A stretch of DNA of 64,000 nucleotides from Eledone cirrhosa (Eukaryota). The stretch's first letter is position 1; each line of letters opens with the position of its first letter. This document shows, in pieces, positions 12,539 through 25,092 of this stretch. The notes beneath the pieces are model-generated. The model saw nothing but the letters and a program-made list of their open reading frames with translations, was not told where the DNA came from and searched no databases. A program made the position numbers and the translations under genes. The stretch spans positions 36,704,001 to 36,768,000 of the forward strand of contig OZ024755.1 in the NCBI GenBank assembly GCA_964016885.1. The letters run 5' to 3'.

Positions 12539-12745
12539 TGTATATATATATATATATATATAAAGAATTAAAAAGAACAGAAAGATGCAGTAAAAGAGAT
12601 TTATTCGGTTCTTACGTACGTTTCAATAGACATCTATTTCCCTAGATCTCGCTACATCTATAATATTATATATTTAGTAGAGCATTCGATTTCCAAGGCA
12701 CAATCGATCCCATATCATGGGATATATCATATATATATATATATG

Positions 12746-12833
<88 letters not shown>

Positions 12834-13051
12834 GGAGTTGTATTTAATTTGTTGGAAGTCCGACAAACATAAATGTATCTTTCTCCAGTGTCATTTAAAT
12901 AAACGGTTGTTTTTTTCAATTATTTACACATTCATTTGCATATTCACACATAAATTTGAATAATCCCTAATATGTTTCCACTATCCAGTGAATTTCCAAC
13001 CGATAAGGTATGATTTTCATGGGTACGTCTCTATTTATAAAACAAACTTTG

Positions 13052-13116
13052 TATTTTATCTGATGAAAGCGCACCAATGGTGTCTTGGTTGCTCTTGAAA
13101 TATATATAATAAAATA
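13052..13116 (+). ncRNA. Minimal type I hammerhead ribozyme in a TA-flanked PLE-tail module (12830-13160)
   Basis: TATTTTAT-CTGATGA-..-GAAA-TATATA-TA-ATAAAATA; 8-bp stem I; related module 56480-56690. Confidence 0.8.
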
Positions 13117-13158
13117 AATATGGTTTTATAAATATAATTTCCATTTATTTAATATCAT

Positions 13159-13218
<60 letters not shown>

Positions 13219-13232
13219 TACACATATGTCTG

Positions 13233-13266
<34 letters not shown>

Positions 13267-13270
13267 TATG

Positions 13271-13309
<39 letters not shown>

Positions 13310-13313
<4 letters not shown>

Positions 13314-13510
13314 ATAATAAATGTGAAAACTAAAATCAAAAGAGGGTTCGATAAGGATTATATATATATATATATATAAAATATATATATAAAAACCCGT
13401 AGAGCAAATATTTATTATAAATACAGATTAAAGTTTAAGCAAAGAATCGCTGCTTTCACCCTTTGACGGGATCCTGTCAAAGGGTGAAAGCAGCGATTCT
13501 TTGCTTAAAC
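13310..13510 (-). mobile_element. PLE-tail fragment ending in a near-perfect hairpin (13414-13510)
   Basis: Arms ..GCTGCTTTCACCCTTTGAC / GTCAAAGGGTGAAAGCAGC..; same family at 19355-19440, 34830-34985 and 55642-55700. Confidence 0.6.
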
Positions 13511-13523
13511 TTTAATCTGTATT

Positions 13524-13563
<40 letters not shown>

Positions 13564-13569
13564 GTATAC

Positions 13570-14130
13570 GTATTGGAATTTCGTATTTCTAAAGAAATAT
13601 GGTATGTTTATAGATAAAGATTTAGAAAGTCGTAGCTATGCAAAAGAACCCGAGGCTATCGCCCCCTGGTGGTGCCCAACAGAAGTAAGGGGGACAATCG
13701 TCGATTCATTTTGAACTTAACTGGTTCTCATCAGGACGATCTCTCCCACACTTGCGACTGCTGGACTTGAAAACAGGCGAGAATTTATGGTTATCCCGTC
13801 TGTGTAAATGAGGTGATTAATCTCATTTGCATATGAAGCTGTATAAATTGGCTCAACTTATGATAGAATAGAATTAGAATTTAGCTTCGAGCATAGCTGT
13901 ATACAGATATGTATTAGAATTTCGTATTTCTAAAGAAATACGGTATGTTTATAGATAAACATTTAGAAAGCTGTAGCTATACAAAAACACCGGGGGCTAT
14001 CGCCCCCTGATGATAAGATTAATCACCTCCTTTACACAGACGAGAAAACTATAAACTGTAATTAAAACTATATATCGTCTTGATGAGAACCAGTTAAGTT
14101 CAAAATGCATCGCCGATTGTCCCCCTTGCT
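13570..14130 (-). mobile_element. 341-nt HHR-bearing monomer, partial second monomer and inverted segment (retrozyme-like family R2)
   Basis: Direct repeat 13570-13668 / 13911-14009; inverted 13686-13823 vs 14016-14127; HHR ATCGTC-CTGATGA-GAAC..GTTC-AAAA-TG(A/C)A-TC-GACGAT at 13697-13740 (-) and 14074-14117 (+). Confidence 0.65.
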
Positions 14131-14189
14131 TATGAGAAAAAAATATCTTCATAGTTACTGTTTACTAATCTGAATAAGAACACCAGCAA

Positions 14190-14216
14190 CCTGGGAAACG
14201 CCGGGTCATTCAGCTA

Positions 14217-14219
<3 letters not shown>
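14190..14219 (-). mobile_element. Helitron/HINE-like 5' terminus fragment
   Basis: GCTAGCTGAATGACCCGGCGTTTCCCAGG resembles the CTAG..ACCCGGCGTTGCCCGG starts of non-autonomous Helitron-type repeats; also 16742-16763 and 16820-16841. Confidence 0.35.
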
Positions 14220-14240
<21 letters not shown>

Positions 14241-14251
<11 letters not shown>

Positions 14252-16727
14252 AATATAGACATAGAATATTCGAAAATATTCTGTATGTTTATAATAAACA
14301 TTTTGAAGACCTAATCGCTATAGAATAGAATACGTCACGTATTACAATTAGATTCTCGATAAAAGCAAGGGAAGTAATCTACGCGTTTCATTCTCGTTAG
14401 AAATCATCAGGACTACATATCCAGTGCTTTTATCGAGAATGACACAGCTAGAGACTTATAGAATACTTAGCTGTGTACAGGAACTGGTTTGAAAGAGCGG
14501 TTGCCGGTCCGGCAGAAATTAGAAATTGGAATAAATGCTCTGAAATAGCGATATATATGTGAATATAGACATAGAATATTCGAAAATATTCTGTATGTTT
14601 ATAATAAACATTTTGAAGACCTAATCGCTATAGAATAGAATACGTCACGTATTACAATTAGATTCTCGATAAAAGCAAGGGAAGTAATCTACGCGTTTCA
14701 TTCTCGTTAGAAATCATCAGGACTACATATCCAGTGCTTTTATCGAGAATGACACAGCTAGAGACTTATAGAATACTTAGCTGTGTACAGGAACTGGTTT
14801 GAAAGAGCGGTTGCCGGTCCGGCAGAAATTAGAAATTGGAATAAATGCTCTGAAATAGCGATATATATGTGAATATAGACATAGAATATTCGAAAATATT
14901 CTGTATGTTTATAATAAACATTTTGAAGACCTAATCGCTATAGAATAGAATACGTCACGTATTACAATTAGATTCTCGATAAAAGCAAGGGAAGTAATCT
15001 ACGCGTTTCATTCTCGTTAGAAATCATCAGGACTACATATCCAGTGCTTTTATCGAGAATGACACAGCTAGAGACTTATAGAATACTTAGCTGTGTACAG
15101 GAACTGGTTTGAAAGAGCGGTTGCCGGTCCGGCAGAAATTAGAAATTGGAATAAATGCTCTGAAATAGCGATATATATGTGAATATAGACATAGAATATT
15201 CGAAAATATTCTGTATGTTTATAATAAACATTTTGAAGACCTAATCGCTATAGAATAGAATACGTCACGTATTACAATTAGATTCTCGATAAAAGCAAGG
15301 GAAGTAATCTACGCGTTTCATTCTCGTTAGAAATCATCAGGACTACATATCCAGTGCTTTTATCGAGAATGACACAGCTAGAGACTTATAGAATACTTAG
15401 CTGTGTACAGGAACTGGTTTGAAAGAGCGGTTGCCGGTCCGGCAGAAATTAGAAATTGGAATAAATGCTCTGAAATAGCGATATATATGTGAATATAGAC
15501 ATAGAATATTCGAAAATATTCTGTATGTTTATAATAAACATTTTGAAGACCTAATCGCTATAGAATAGAATACGTCACGTATTACAATTAGATTCTCGAT
15601 AAAAGCAAGGGAAGTAATCTACGCGTTTCATTCTCGTTAGAAATCATCAGGACTACATATCCAGTGCTTTTATCGAGAATGACACAGCTAGAGACTTATA
15701 GAATACTTAGCTGTGTACAGGAACTGGTTTGAAAGAGCGGTTGCCGGTCCGGCAGAAATTAGAAATTGGAATAAATGCTCTGAAATAGCGATATATATGT
15801 GAATATAGACATAGAATATTCGAAAATATTCTGTATGTTTATAATAAACATTTTGAAGACCTAATCGCTATAGAATAGAATACGTCACGTATTACAATTA
15901 GATTCTCGATAAAAGCAAGGGAAGTAATCTACGCGTTTCATTCTCGTTAGAAATCATCAGGACTACATATCCAGTGCTTTTATCGAGAATGACACAGCTA
16001 GAGACTTATAGAATACTTAGCTGTGTACAGGAACTGGTTTGAAAGAGCGGTTGCCGGTCCGGCAGAAATTAGAAATTGGAATAAATGCTCTGAAATAGCG
16101 ATATATATGTGAATATAGACATAGAATATTCGAAAATATTCTGTATGTTTATAATAAACATTTTGAAGACCTAATCGCTATAGAATAGAATACGTCACGT
16201 ATTACAATTAGATTCTCGATAAAAGCAAGGGAAGTAATCTACGCGTTTCATTCTCGTTAGAAATCATCAGGACTACATATCCAGTGCTTTTATCGAGAAT
16301 GACACAGCTAGAGACTTATAGAATACTTAGCTGTGTACAGGAACTGGTTTGAAAGAGCGGTTGCCGGTCCGGCAGAAATTAGAAATTGGAATAAATGCTC
16401 TGAAATAGCGATATATATGTGAATATAGACATAGAATATTCGAAAATATTCTGTATGTTTATAATAAACATTTTGAAGACCTAATCGCTATAGAATAGAA
16501 TACGTCACGTATTACAATTAGATTCTCGATAAAAGCAAGGGAAGTAATCTACGCGTTTCATTCTCGTTAGAAATCATCAGGACTACATATCCAGTGCTTT
16601 TATCGAGAATGACACAGCTAGAGACTTATAGAATACTTAGCTGTGTACAGGAACTGGTTTGAAAGAGCGGTTGCCGGTCCGGCAGAAATTAGAAATTGGA
16701 ATAAATGCTCTGAAATAGCGATATATA
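14241..16727 (-). repeat. 8 x 310-bp apparently identical tandem array, one hammerhead per unit (non-LTR retrozyme-like family R1)
   Basis: GAATATAGAC recurs at 14251, 14561, 14871, 15181, 15491, 15801, 16111 and 16421; no ORF in the track. Confidence 0.95.
14374..14416 (-). ncRNA. Minimal type I hammerhead ribozyme (repeats every 310 bp to 16544-16586)
   Basis: Minus strand GTAGTC-CTGATGA-TTTCT AACG AGAAT-GAAA-CGCG-TA-GATTAC; intact core, GUA triplet, palindromic ACGCGT. Confidence 0.9.
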
Positions 16728-16761
16728 TTCCCGAGATGAATAACGCCGGGTCATTCAGCTA

Positions 16762-16821
<60 letters not shown>

Positions 16822-16868
16822 TAGCTGAATGACCCGGCGTTATTCATCTCGGGAATTTTACCCGCCTT

Positions 16869-16934
<66 letters not shown>

Positions 16935-16997
16935 TTGTTTGTGTGTGTGTGTGTGTGTGCGCGCGTGCGTGTGTATGTGTATATATTTATATGCATG

Positions 16998-17046
<49 letters not shown>

Positions 17047-17084
17047 CTGTTAGACACGCAGTGACTAACAACAGTGACTAACAA

Positions 17085-17470
17085 CAAAAGACGCAATGTT
17101 TAGACAAATCACAGAGGCAATAAACATAAATGAACTCCAACCAAAATTAAATAGAAAACATGAATGGAATAGCAACAGCACAACTTACAATTAAGGACAA
17201 AATGAAAACACACACACATAGAACAAACAACCAACCAGTAACATGTAAATAAACAAATAAATAAACAAATAAAAACACACACAGACACCCGGATGTGACA
17301 CATGCGCAAACTAAGCACACAACACACACAAAAACAAGATGGCGTAGGACAGAACAAAGGAGAGGCACAAAACAAAGAAAAGAATCCCCAGTCACTGAAG
17401 AGGTCACATAATGTGTGACAAAAGAACTTTGACAATATATGAACAACCGTCCGGTTGTGGAACCAACCAA
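17085..17470 (+). mobile_element. PLE 3' UTR fragment with degenerate HHR at 17391-17433
   Basis: Similar to 2200-3120; GTCA-CTGAAGA-GTCACA/TGTGAC-AAAA-GAAC-TT-TGAC. Confidence 0.6.
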
Positions 17471-17581
17471 CCAACCAACCGGAAATTTATAAATTTATAA
17501 TTTAATTTATAATAAATTGGAGTGAAAGCAACTGGTGCGTGTTTCTTATTGGCAACATGACCCTCCCAAAGTATAACAAAA

Positions 17582-17663
<82 letters not shown>

Positions 17664-18686
17664 ACCTTCAAATTCATTATAATCTGCATGTTAAGTGATA
17701 TCTGCATTTTAGCTACACCTTTTCCAAATATCAGCCAAAAATCCTTCAGGTCACACCATTTTGACTTATATATGCATTTATGTATACTCGTATTTCTCTA
17801 ATTCGAGTTTATCATGGCTCTGCTAATAAACTATTTATTATCTCGTCTTTATAAGTTAATATGTGAACACTGAACGACATATATATTCAAAGAAATAGCA
17901 AACCTTGCGGGTAATGTACGAATAGAAAGGAATATATAAATAATTGTATCCAATGCATAGTTTTATCATATTGAAATTAGTTTATTTTCGATACAATGAA
18001 ACGATGCCTAAATACATCTACAAACTTATATGCCTTCACAGTCACACAAATATAAAAACTCACCAACTGATAGGGGTGAAATCTTTGTAGTAATGCATAT
18101 TATATTTCTATATGACGAATAAAATATACCTTACGGACGTCTGCTTACATTTACGTATTTCTTATTCCTCAAACTTTTAGAAACTCTTATATTTTATAAC
18201 AATATTACGTTAATTACGAACTGGAAGCTGTCGTATTTGTACTGTGTGTACTGGATCAATTAAATACAGATATATATTCGAATATGTATGTAATGATGCT
18301 GTAGAAAGAAGGAAAGTATTTAAAAATGTAATATTGCTGATTACGAATATCTATACAATGTTTTGTGCTCCATACCCCCACCTCATCATTTAAAACATTG
18401 TTATGCCCCCACATGGAAAGTGATGGCGGATAAGGTAATGCTTAGCTAGTACTTTTATTAAAAGGTGGGTGACTATAGAGGAGGGCCCGCCCAAGTGTAC
18501 TGGCTTACTCTGAGTCCATACTTGTAGGTTGATTATTTCAGAATGTGAGGGGTACATTTCTATGGTGATCTTGGTGATTAGATTGGTTTCGGGTCTGTGG
18601 ACTTCATTATATTAACAACAACAACAAAAGCAACAATAACAAGAGCAGAAGCACCAATAATGGTGTTTATATTGATTTAAACGTTG

Positions 18687-18782
<96 letters not shown>

Positions 18783-18856
18783 TATGTATATATATGTATA
18801 TATATATATATATAGTATACTAGGGAGAGGATCAGGGGTGTATAACACTCCACTTA

Positions 18857-19155
18857 TCCAGCAGGCAGTATAAGGTTAGCTCAATGTCTGAGGACAGAGC
18901 CGTGATATAATAAATAACAAAGAACGCCTATAGCATATGCATATCTTTACTTGCTAACATTGTTTCATCCGCACTATAAGTGGGACTCATCAGAGCATAA
19001 AGGTTAATTACATTCCAGCAGGCAGTATAAGGTTAGCTCAATGTCTGAGGACATTAACCTTTATGCTCTGATGAGTCCCACTTATAGTGCGGATGAAACA
19101 ATGTTAGCAAGTAAAGATATGCATATGCTATAGGCGTTCTTTGTTATTTATTATA
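18857..19155 (+). mobile_element. Fold-back PLE pLTR fragment with direct and inverted duplications
   Basis: Inverted 18906-19008 / 19053-19155; direct 40-bp repeat 18857-18896 / 19014-19053. Confidence 0.65.
19064..19109 (+). ncRNA. Minimal hammerhead ribozyme (mirror copy 18952-18997, minus)
   Basis: TGCT-CTGATGA-GTCC CACT..AGTG C GGAT-GAAA-CAATG-TT-AGCA. Confidence 0.75.
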
Positions 19156-19169
19156 TATATATATAGTAA

Positions 19170-19352
19170 TAATTGTTTCTACTTTAGGCACAAGGCCAGC
19201 AATTACCCAGTTCATTACTGGTACTTTATTTTATCGACCCCGTAAGGATGAAAGGCAAAGTCAACCTCGGCGGGATTTGAACTCAGATCGTAAAGGGACG
19301 TAACTATGCTGGAAAGCATGGCGTCCGACCCTCTACCGATACTGCCAATCCA
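19170..19352 (-). mobile_element. SINE family 1
   Basis: Reverse complement of family consensus. Confidence 0.9.
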
Positions 19353-19598
19353 CAAACGTGAAAACTAGAATCAAAAGAGGGCCCGATAAGGATTATATAT
19401 ATATATATATATAAAAACCCGGAAAGCAAATATTTCTTATAAGCGAATATTTATTACAAGATGCTTCCCGTTTTGTTATTAATATATTCTTAATTGTTAC
19501 CTGTCTCCTTATTTCTAGACATTTTTCTTTAAATCTCCACCATGCCTGCTCTTTTGCATTGGCCTATATATTTCGTGTCTTGTGACTAATTAAGAAAG

Positions 19599-19656
<58 letters not shown>

Positions 19657-19709
19657 ATTTAAAACTTCACTATTCACAAGTGTTTTTTAAGCTTCATATC
19701 ATGTCTCCC

Positions 19710-19780
19710 TATTTTATCTGATGAGAACGCAGATATCATCCCATGATGATATTTGTTTTTGAAATGCGCATAATAAAATA
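19710..19780 (+). ncRNA. Minimal hammerhead ribozyme in a TA-flanked module (19653-19815)
   Basis: TATTTTAT-CTGATGA-long stem II (CAGATATCATC/GATGATATTTG)-GAAA-TGCGCA-TA-ATAAAATA. Confidence 0.85.
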
Positions 19781-19810
19781 CTTGGAACTCTTTTAACCAT
19801 CTTTTGATCT

Positions 19811-19863
<53 letters not shown>

Positions 19864-19916
19864 CAAGAAGTGTAAGTTAATAGGTTAAAATTAACTTCGT
19901 TTATTCATATATTCAG

Positions 19917-19971
19917 TGTTATATATATTTCGGTGATAGCCATTATTCAACAGCTATGACCTCATCAAACA
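19917..19971 (-). ncRNA. Hammerhead motif, C3U variant, same family as 33886-33940
   Basis: Minus strand TGT-TTGATGA-GGTCATAGC..GCTATCACC-GAAA-TATATA-TA-ACA. Confidence 0.6.
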
Positions 19972-20067
19972 GCTAGAACTTGAACAGAAAATAAAAGAAA
20001 TATATAATGATGGAACAAAGTTTACCCCTGTTATTTCGATCTGGTGGCATATATATATGGACACACT

Positions 20068-20214
20068 GGAAGAGGAAGACCAAGGTTAACATATGTTGAT
20101 GCCCTAAGGACAGACACTGGTCTGTTAGAGACGCAGGACATGGCAGCGATAATGAGGGACAGAGACCGCTGGAGTGAACTCGTCCATGGATCTCGGGAAT
20201 TTTACCCGCCCTAG
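20068..20214 (+). mobile_element. RTE LINE 3' end with (AT)n tail
   Basis: GRGRPRLTYVDALRTDTG..AAIMRDRDRW..EFYPP*; last 23 nt recur at 16847-16870. Confidence 0.8.
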
Positions 20215-21429
20215 ATATATATATATATGCGGGAAAAAATCAGTGCAAGGCGTCCTTGATTAGGGATTTTCCTTCCTTGAATGGGAAGATGGTTATCCCC
20301 TGTGGCGGCTACCATCACGGCAGTGGAGGCCAACTGGCTTTAGTTGTGACTGGAAGCCGGTCACACCAAGGCCGATGTTGATTATGTCATTCAGGGCGAC
20401 GTGTCGATGGAACCGACCTGCACTATGGCGGTAGGATAGCGGGTGCAGAATGAACTCGTCTAAAACGGCAATAAAACGGCGTTTATGTAGTTCACACATA
20501 CATGGAGGCCCACGCATCACCAAGGATGGCACCAGTTGACGAGGGGGGCTCTGAATTGAGCCAGACGCCGCTGTTTGTATACACATTTAAAAATAGAAAT
20601 TTAAAAATAGAAACCTATTCTAATGTCAGAATATGAAGATTTGTAGTGAAAAAGATAATCTGCTTCCACCTAACACCTATAATCTATTAAGGTAATTTAT
20701 CACAGTCTTATTTTGAAACATGAATATTACCTGAAGAGTCCATTTTCTCCCACTCTAAGTGTTCATGTGACAAAGCCTGATCTAGTAAATCTCCTTCCTT
20801 AATAGGTTAGTCATGCTTCATACATATATATGCCAGTATTCACCTTACACCAACATAAACACAAGGGCAGCTTATCAAGAGATTTATCATAAACTTATCA
20901 CAATCTTCACATATTTTCCATGAACGTATGTCATCAACCTAAAAACGAAAAAGAAAATCATTTTCAGAATATTACACCATTAATACAACAACATACAGAT
21001 TTGAAAGTATTGCGGTAAATATACATGATCCTGAATGTTCAGATCAGGTATTTCTTTATAATCTTCGGTAAGTTTATTGCTGTTGTGTTGCTGATTCAGT
21101 TCATATCTAAAGTTGAATCACTGCAAGGAGATATGAAGCCATGGTTGAACAGAATTAATAGTTCAGCGTTTTAACCGACATTCATGTAAACAGAAACGTA
21201 ATTATTTGTGGCAGAAATAACATATAATCGCAGAGTTGACCATTATTTAGCAGTATTAATTTCAAAACCCTTCTACGTCTGTAGTGTAGAGCTGAAGGTT
21301 ATACCCTAGATACACTTTGTGTTAAGATTTAACCAGAATTCTCTGCAGTAATCGATATAGCAGATATGTAAATGTATTATTATTGATATTAAACTCACGA
21401 GAGTAGTCCTTCACAGCAAAAGAATGGAT

Positions 21430-21740
21430 GGGTAGATAGGTAGGTAAATAGAGAGAGGGGAGAGATAGATATATATATAGAGAGAGGGGAGAGATAGATA
21501 GGGAGAAAGAGAGAGGGAGAAAGAGATAGACAGATAGGGAGAGAGAGGGGAGATAGATAGAGAAAGAAAAGGAGAGGGAGAGAGAGGGGAGAAGCAGATA
21601 GGGAGAAAGAGATAGACAGATAGGGAGAGAGAGGGGATATATATATAGATAGAGAAAGAAAAGGAGAGGGAGATAGGAAGAGAGAGCGGAGAGATAGATA
21701 GAGATAGGAAGAGAGAGGGGGAGATAGATAGATAGATAGA
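21430..21740. repeat. GA/GATA-rich low-complexity tract
   Basis: Direct reading. Confidence 0.9.
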
Positions 21741-22330
21741 TTTCTTTATTTAACATAAAGGCATAAAAAGAAGGGACAAATACAAAGGGGGAGTTTACAT
21801 ATAATCGAGTAAAAAGGGCGTAACATGAAAATAATCGAAAATAACCTCAAAAGGGAGGGGACGTGATGGGGGTTGCACACACCCCCGAAAAAGTGTGCAA
21901 TCCTTTGCCCGGGGAGCACATGGAGAAGGTGCTCCCCTCTCCTTTACTTCTTTACCTACAGGATGGTATACAGAGAAGGCCCATTTACACGAGCCATTCT
22001 CGCTACTATCACCCACCTTTCATAAAACTGCCTGTGGCCAAGCACCTCCCTCTCCATTCTTATCCTTCTTCCGAAGTGATATCGGAAGAAGTAGACCAGA
22101 CTATGGCCAGAGAGGAAGTTGCCTGACCTCAGACCTTTCAATCGTGTCCACCAAACAACCTCTTTCAACATGGCTATTACGCACAGAAAAACCGCCTTTG
22201 CTTCCCTTGTGAAGAGGGGAGGCGGTTTGATTGTCATCACGGACTCGGCGGTCAATTTAATCGGCGCCACCCTCGACAGCAGTCGTTCGGCGTAGCCCCA
22301 CAGATCAGCCACGCCTGGGGGGGGGGGGCA
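21740..22330 (-). mobile_element. Tx1/L1-like LINE 3' fragment with (CTAT)n tail
   Basis: CP..VADLWGYAERLLSR..AMLKEVVWWTR..FYERW; 3' UTR recurs at 24312-24385. Confidence 0.65.
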
Positions 22331-22711
22331 TAGATAGATAGATAGAGAGAGAGAGAACGTCATGGCGAACTTGAATGGTAATTTATCAATTTCCTAAAAT
22401 TTTTCAATTTCCTAAAATCGAACCTCAAAGTTGTCTGCAACGGTATTTTAACTTTCAGAGGAGAAAGTGAGACAAAATCCTGCAATGAATTGTATCCAAC
22501 GTTCTTGCTACTCAACAGATTTATATCCCTAAAAAAGATGCTGAAAGCAATAAACAAATTAAATTAATGGGGAATAACTGAATTATAATAAACTAAAGTG
22601 TGAATATATGTCCCCACCCCGCCACTCTCAAGCGTGAAACTAATATTAGCATTTTTTACTGCCTCTTCGCTTCCACGCTGTTGCTTTTTTGTTTACTGTT
22701 TCGACTATAAA

Positions 22712-22742
<31 letters not shown>

Positions 22743-22759
22743 TGTATGTATGTATGTAT

Positions 22760-24115
22760 GGAGAGATGACCCCTTAGCCTTTGTCAAGGCAGAATTCTAG
22801 GAGAAGGAAAACTCTGATATAACACCTGCAACCCTGATGGTATCCAATGATGTTGACTTGTTCTTCTTTTTGGTAAATATCATCTTGGTTAAAAGAGTGG
22901 GACTAGCTTTGTGCAGTGCCTTTGCTCACTATAAAAGCTTCACGGCACAGGCATTGCTTTATATCTGGAGATCTCTCTGCACTTGTCGTCACATGGTACC
23001 ATGGGCCCAGAACTATGTGTCAATAATTGTCACAAGTGTAGTGTTTGTACCAGAGTTTTCAAGTCGCTGGCTGGACTAAAAAGTCACACTCGTTCAGCGC
23101 ATCGGTAGGGGTTCTCCTACATGGATATAAAGTAGTGGCCGTACTCGAAAACGAGTTGGCAGCCACCATGTATGTATGTATGTATGTATGTATGTATGTA
23201 TGTATGTATGTATGTATGTATGTATGTTGGGTCACTCTTGAGCGCTACTGGTAACATGTAACCCAGTACAACCTGTCTCGCATGGTCGGGTCGGATCGTC
23301 GGCGACTAAACCGGCAACGCCACCAAGTTTACTTGGTGAGGAGGGTGATTTTGAACACCCTGCAGGACAAAATACACAACCTGACAAAGGGCGAAAGAAC
23401 TTATGAGTCAACGGTCATCCAAAAATGTGTAAATTTGTATATACACATGTGTATATGTATATGTGTATATACATGTAACATGTATCCCAGTACAGCCTGT
23501 CCCATGGTCGGGTCGTTGGCGACTAAACTGGCAACCCCACCAAGGTTTCTTGGTGAGGTGGGTGACTTTGGACATCCTGCAGGACTAAACACAAAACCTG
23601 TCAAAGGGCAAAGGAGCTCTTAAGAGTCAATGGCCATCCAATATCACCGGGAGAGATGACCCCTTAGCCTTTGTCAAGGCAGAATTCTAGGAGAAGGAAA
23701 ACTCTGATATAACACCTGCAACCCTGATGGTATCCAATGATGTTGACTTGTTCTTCTTTTTGGTAAATATCATCTTGGTTAAGAGAGTGGGACTGGCTTT
23801 GTGCAGTGCCTTTGCTCACTATAAAAGCTTCACGGCACAAGCATTGCTTTATATCTGGAGATCTCTCTGCACTTGTCGTCACATGGTACCATGGGCCCAG
23901 CACTATGTGTCAGTAATTGTCACAGGTGTAGTGTTTGTACCAGAGTTTTCAAGTCGCTGGCTGAACTAAAAAGTCACACTCGTTCAGCGCATCGTTAGGG
24001 GTTCTCCTACATGGATATAAAGTAGTGGCCGTACTCGAAAACGAGTTGGCAGCCACCATGTATGTATGTATGTATGTATGTATGTATGTATGTATGTATG
24101 TATGTATGTATGTAC
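22760..24115 (+). mobile_element. Cluster of non-autonomous RTE-5'UTR-like elements with (TATG)n tails (22760-23226, 23227-23426, 23470-24115)
   Basis: About 410-bp direct repeat at 22760 and 23650; motif CTAGGAGAAGGAAAACTCTGA recalled from RTE-type 5' UTRs; third copy 63527-64000. Confidence 0.6.
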
Positions 24116-25092
24116 ATAAGTCTGGCTGAAATGGATGGCTAAGTCTGGTAGAAACAAGTTTCTGGGAATCAGTGGGAGAATGAATATAAGCTGGACTTCT
24201 TTGATGAACCATAACTCTCCAGTTAAAAGAGAGCGGCGGAAGGAAGGAGAAAAAAGAGGTGGAATTCAAAAGGGGGAGAGAGAGAGGTTAAAGTTGCAGA
24301 GAAAAACACAGAGATAGATATATTTCTTTATTAGCCACAGGGGCACAAAAGAAGGGGACAAATACAAAGGGGGAAGTTTACATACAATAAAAACGTGTAA
24401 AATGTTATCACAGAGATAGATAGTTAGATAGATAATATAGTTCTGAGCCTCGTCCCTCAGTTGACTTTGTTTCCTTCTAATTTTCTTAATGAAAATACAC
24501 TCTTAACAGGTGCAATGTGTCCGAACACGGAAGAGCTGAACTCCCATCGTCATCGCTCCCATCTCTCTGTGTAGTGAGCAAATGGGGTCCCACGTTCTGA
24601 CCGCCCCACAGCCCCGGCGAACAGAATGGAGAAGGCGTTTCCCCGGAGGATGGGAGAAGCGTATATATATATATATATATATTCATATACATAATCAACT
24701 AAAGTTCTTCTTTTCTTCACCCACTTGTTCTTGAGAGAGCCGTGGGGGCAGAATCCTTACACACTCACTTCAACGCGCCCTGGCAGAAGAAACCGTCTTG
24801 ATCCCCAAGAGTGACCAGCCAAGCTCATGGATGTTATCGAAATATCTTGCTCGGGGTCAACACCTGGGTCTCTCACCTGTTGGTTTCGCCCTAAAATCTG
24901 TCCAGCGATTCGATCCTGAGACAACTAAAGTTATAAATATTTAAATTCCCATGTAATATACAAGCGCATCGTTGTGTTTCTAGAGACTGTATTTTCTTAA
25001 TTCAGTTACTCAACAGAAATTATGTTAATCCCTATTGCTCACAATACTTGTTTAAATACTGCTTTCTAATACATATGGTTCCTCTTCTGGTC

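Noticed and set aside
20280-20586. GC-richer segment with a 97-aa ORF (similarly 24500-24900 and 61400-61760)
   Set aside because: Probably decayed TE coding sequence, but no motif I can assign
23664-23969. 80-aa ORFs repeated in three copies
   Set aside because: No recognisable domain, a stop interrupts one copy, and conservation reflects repeat identity
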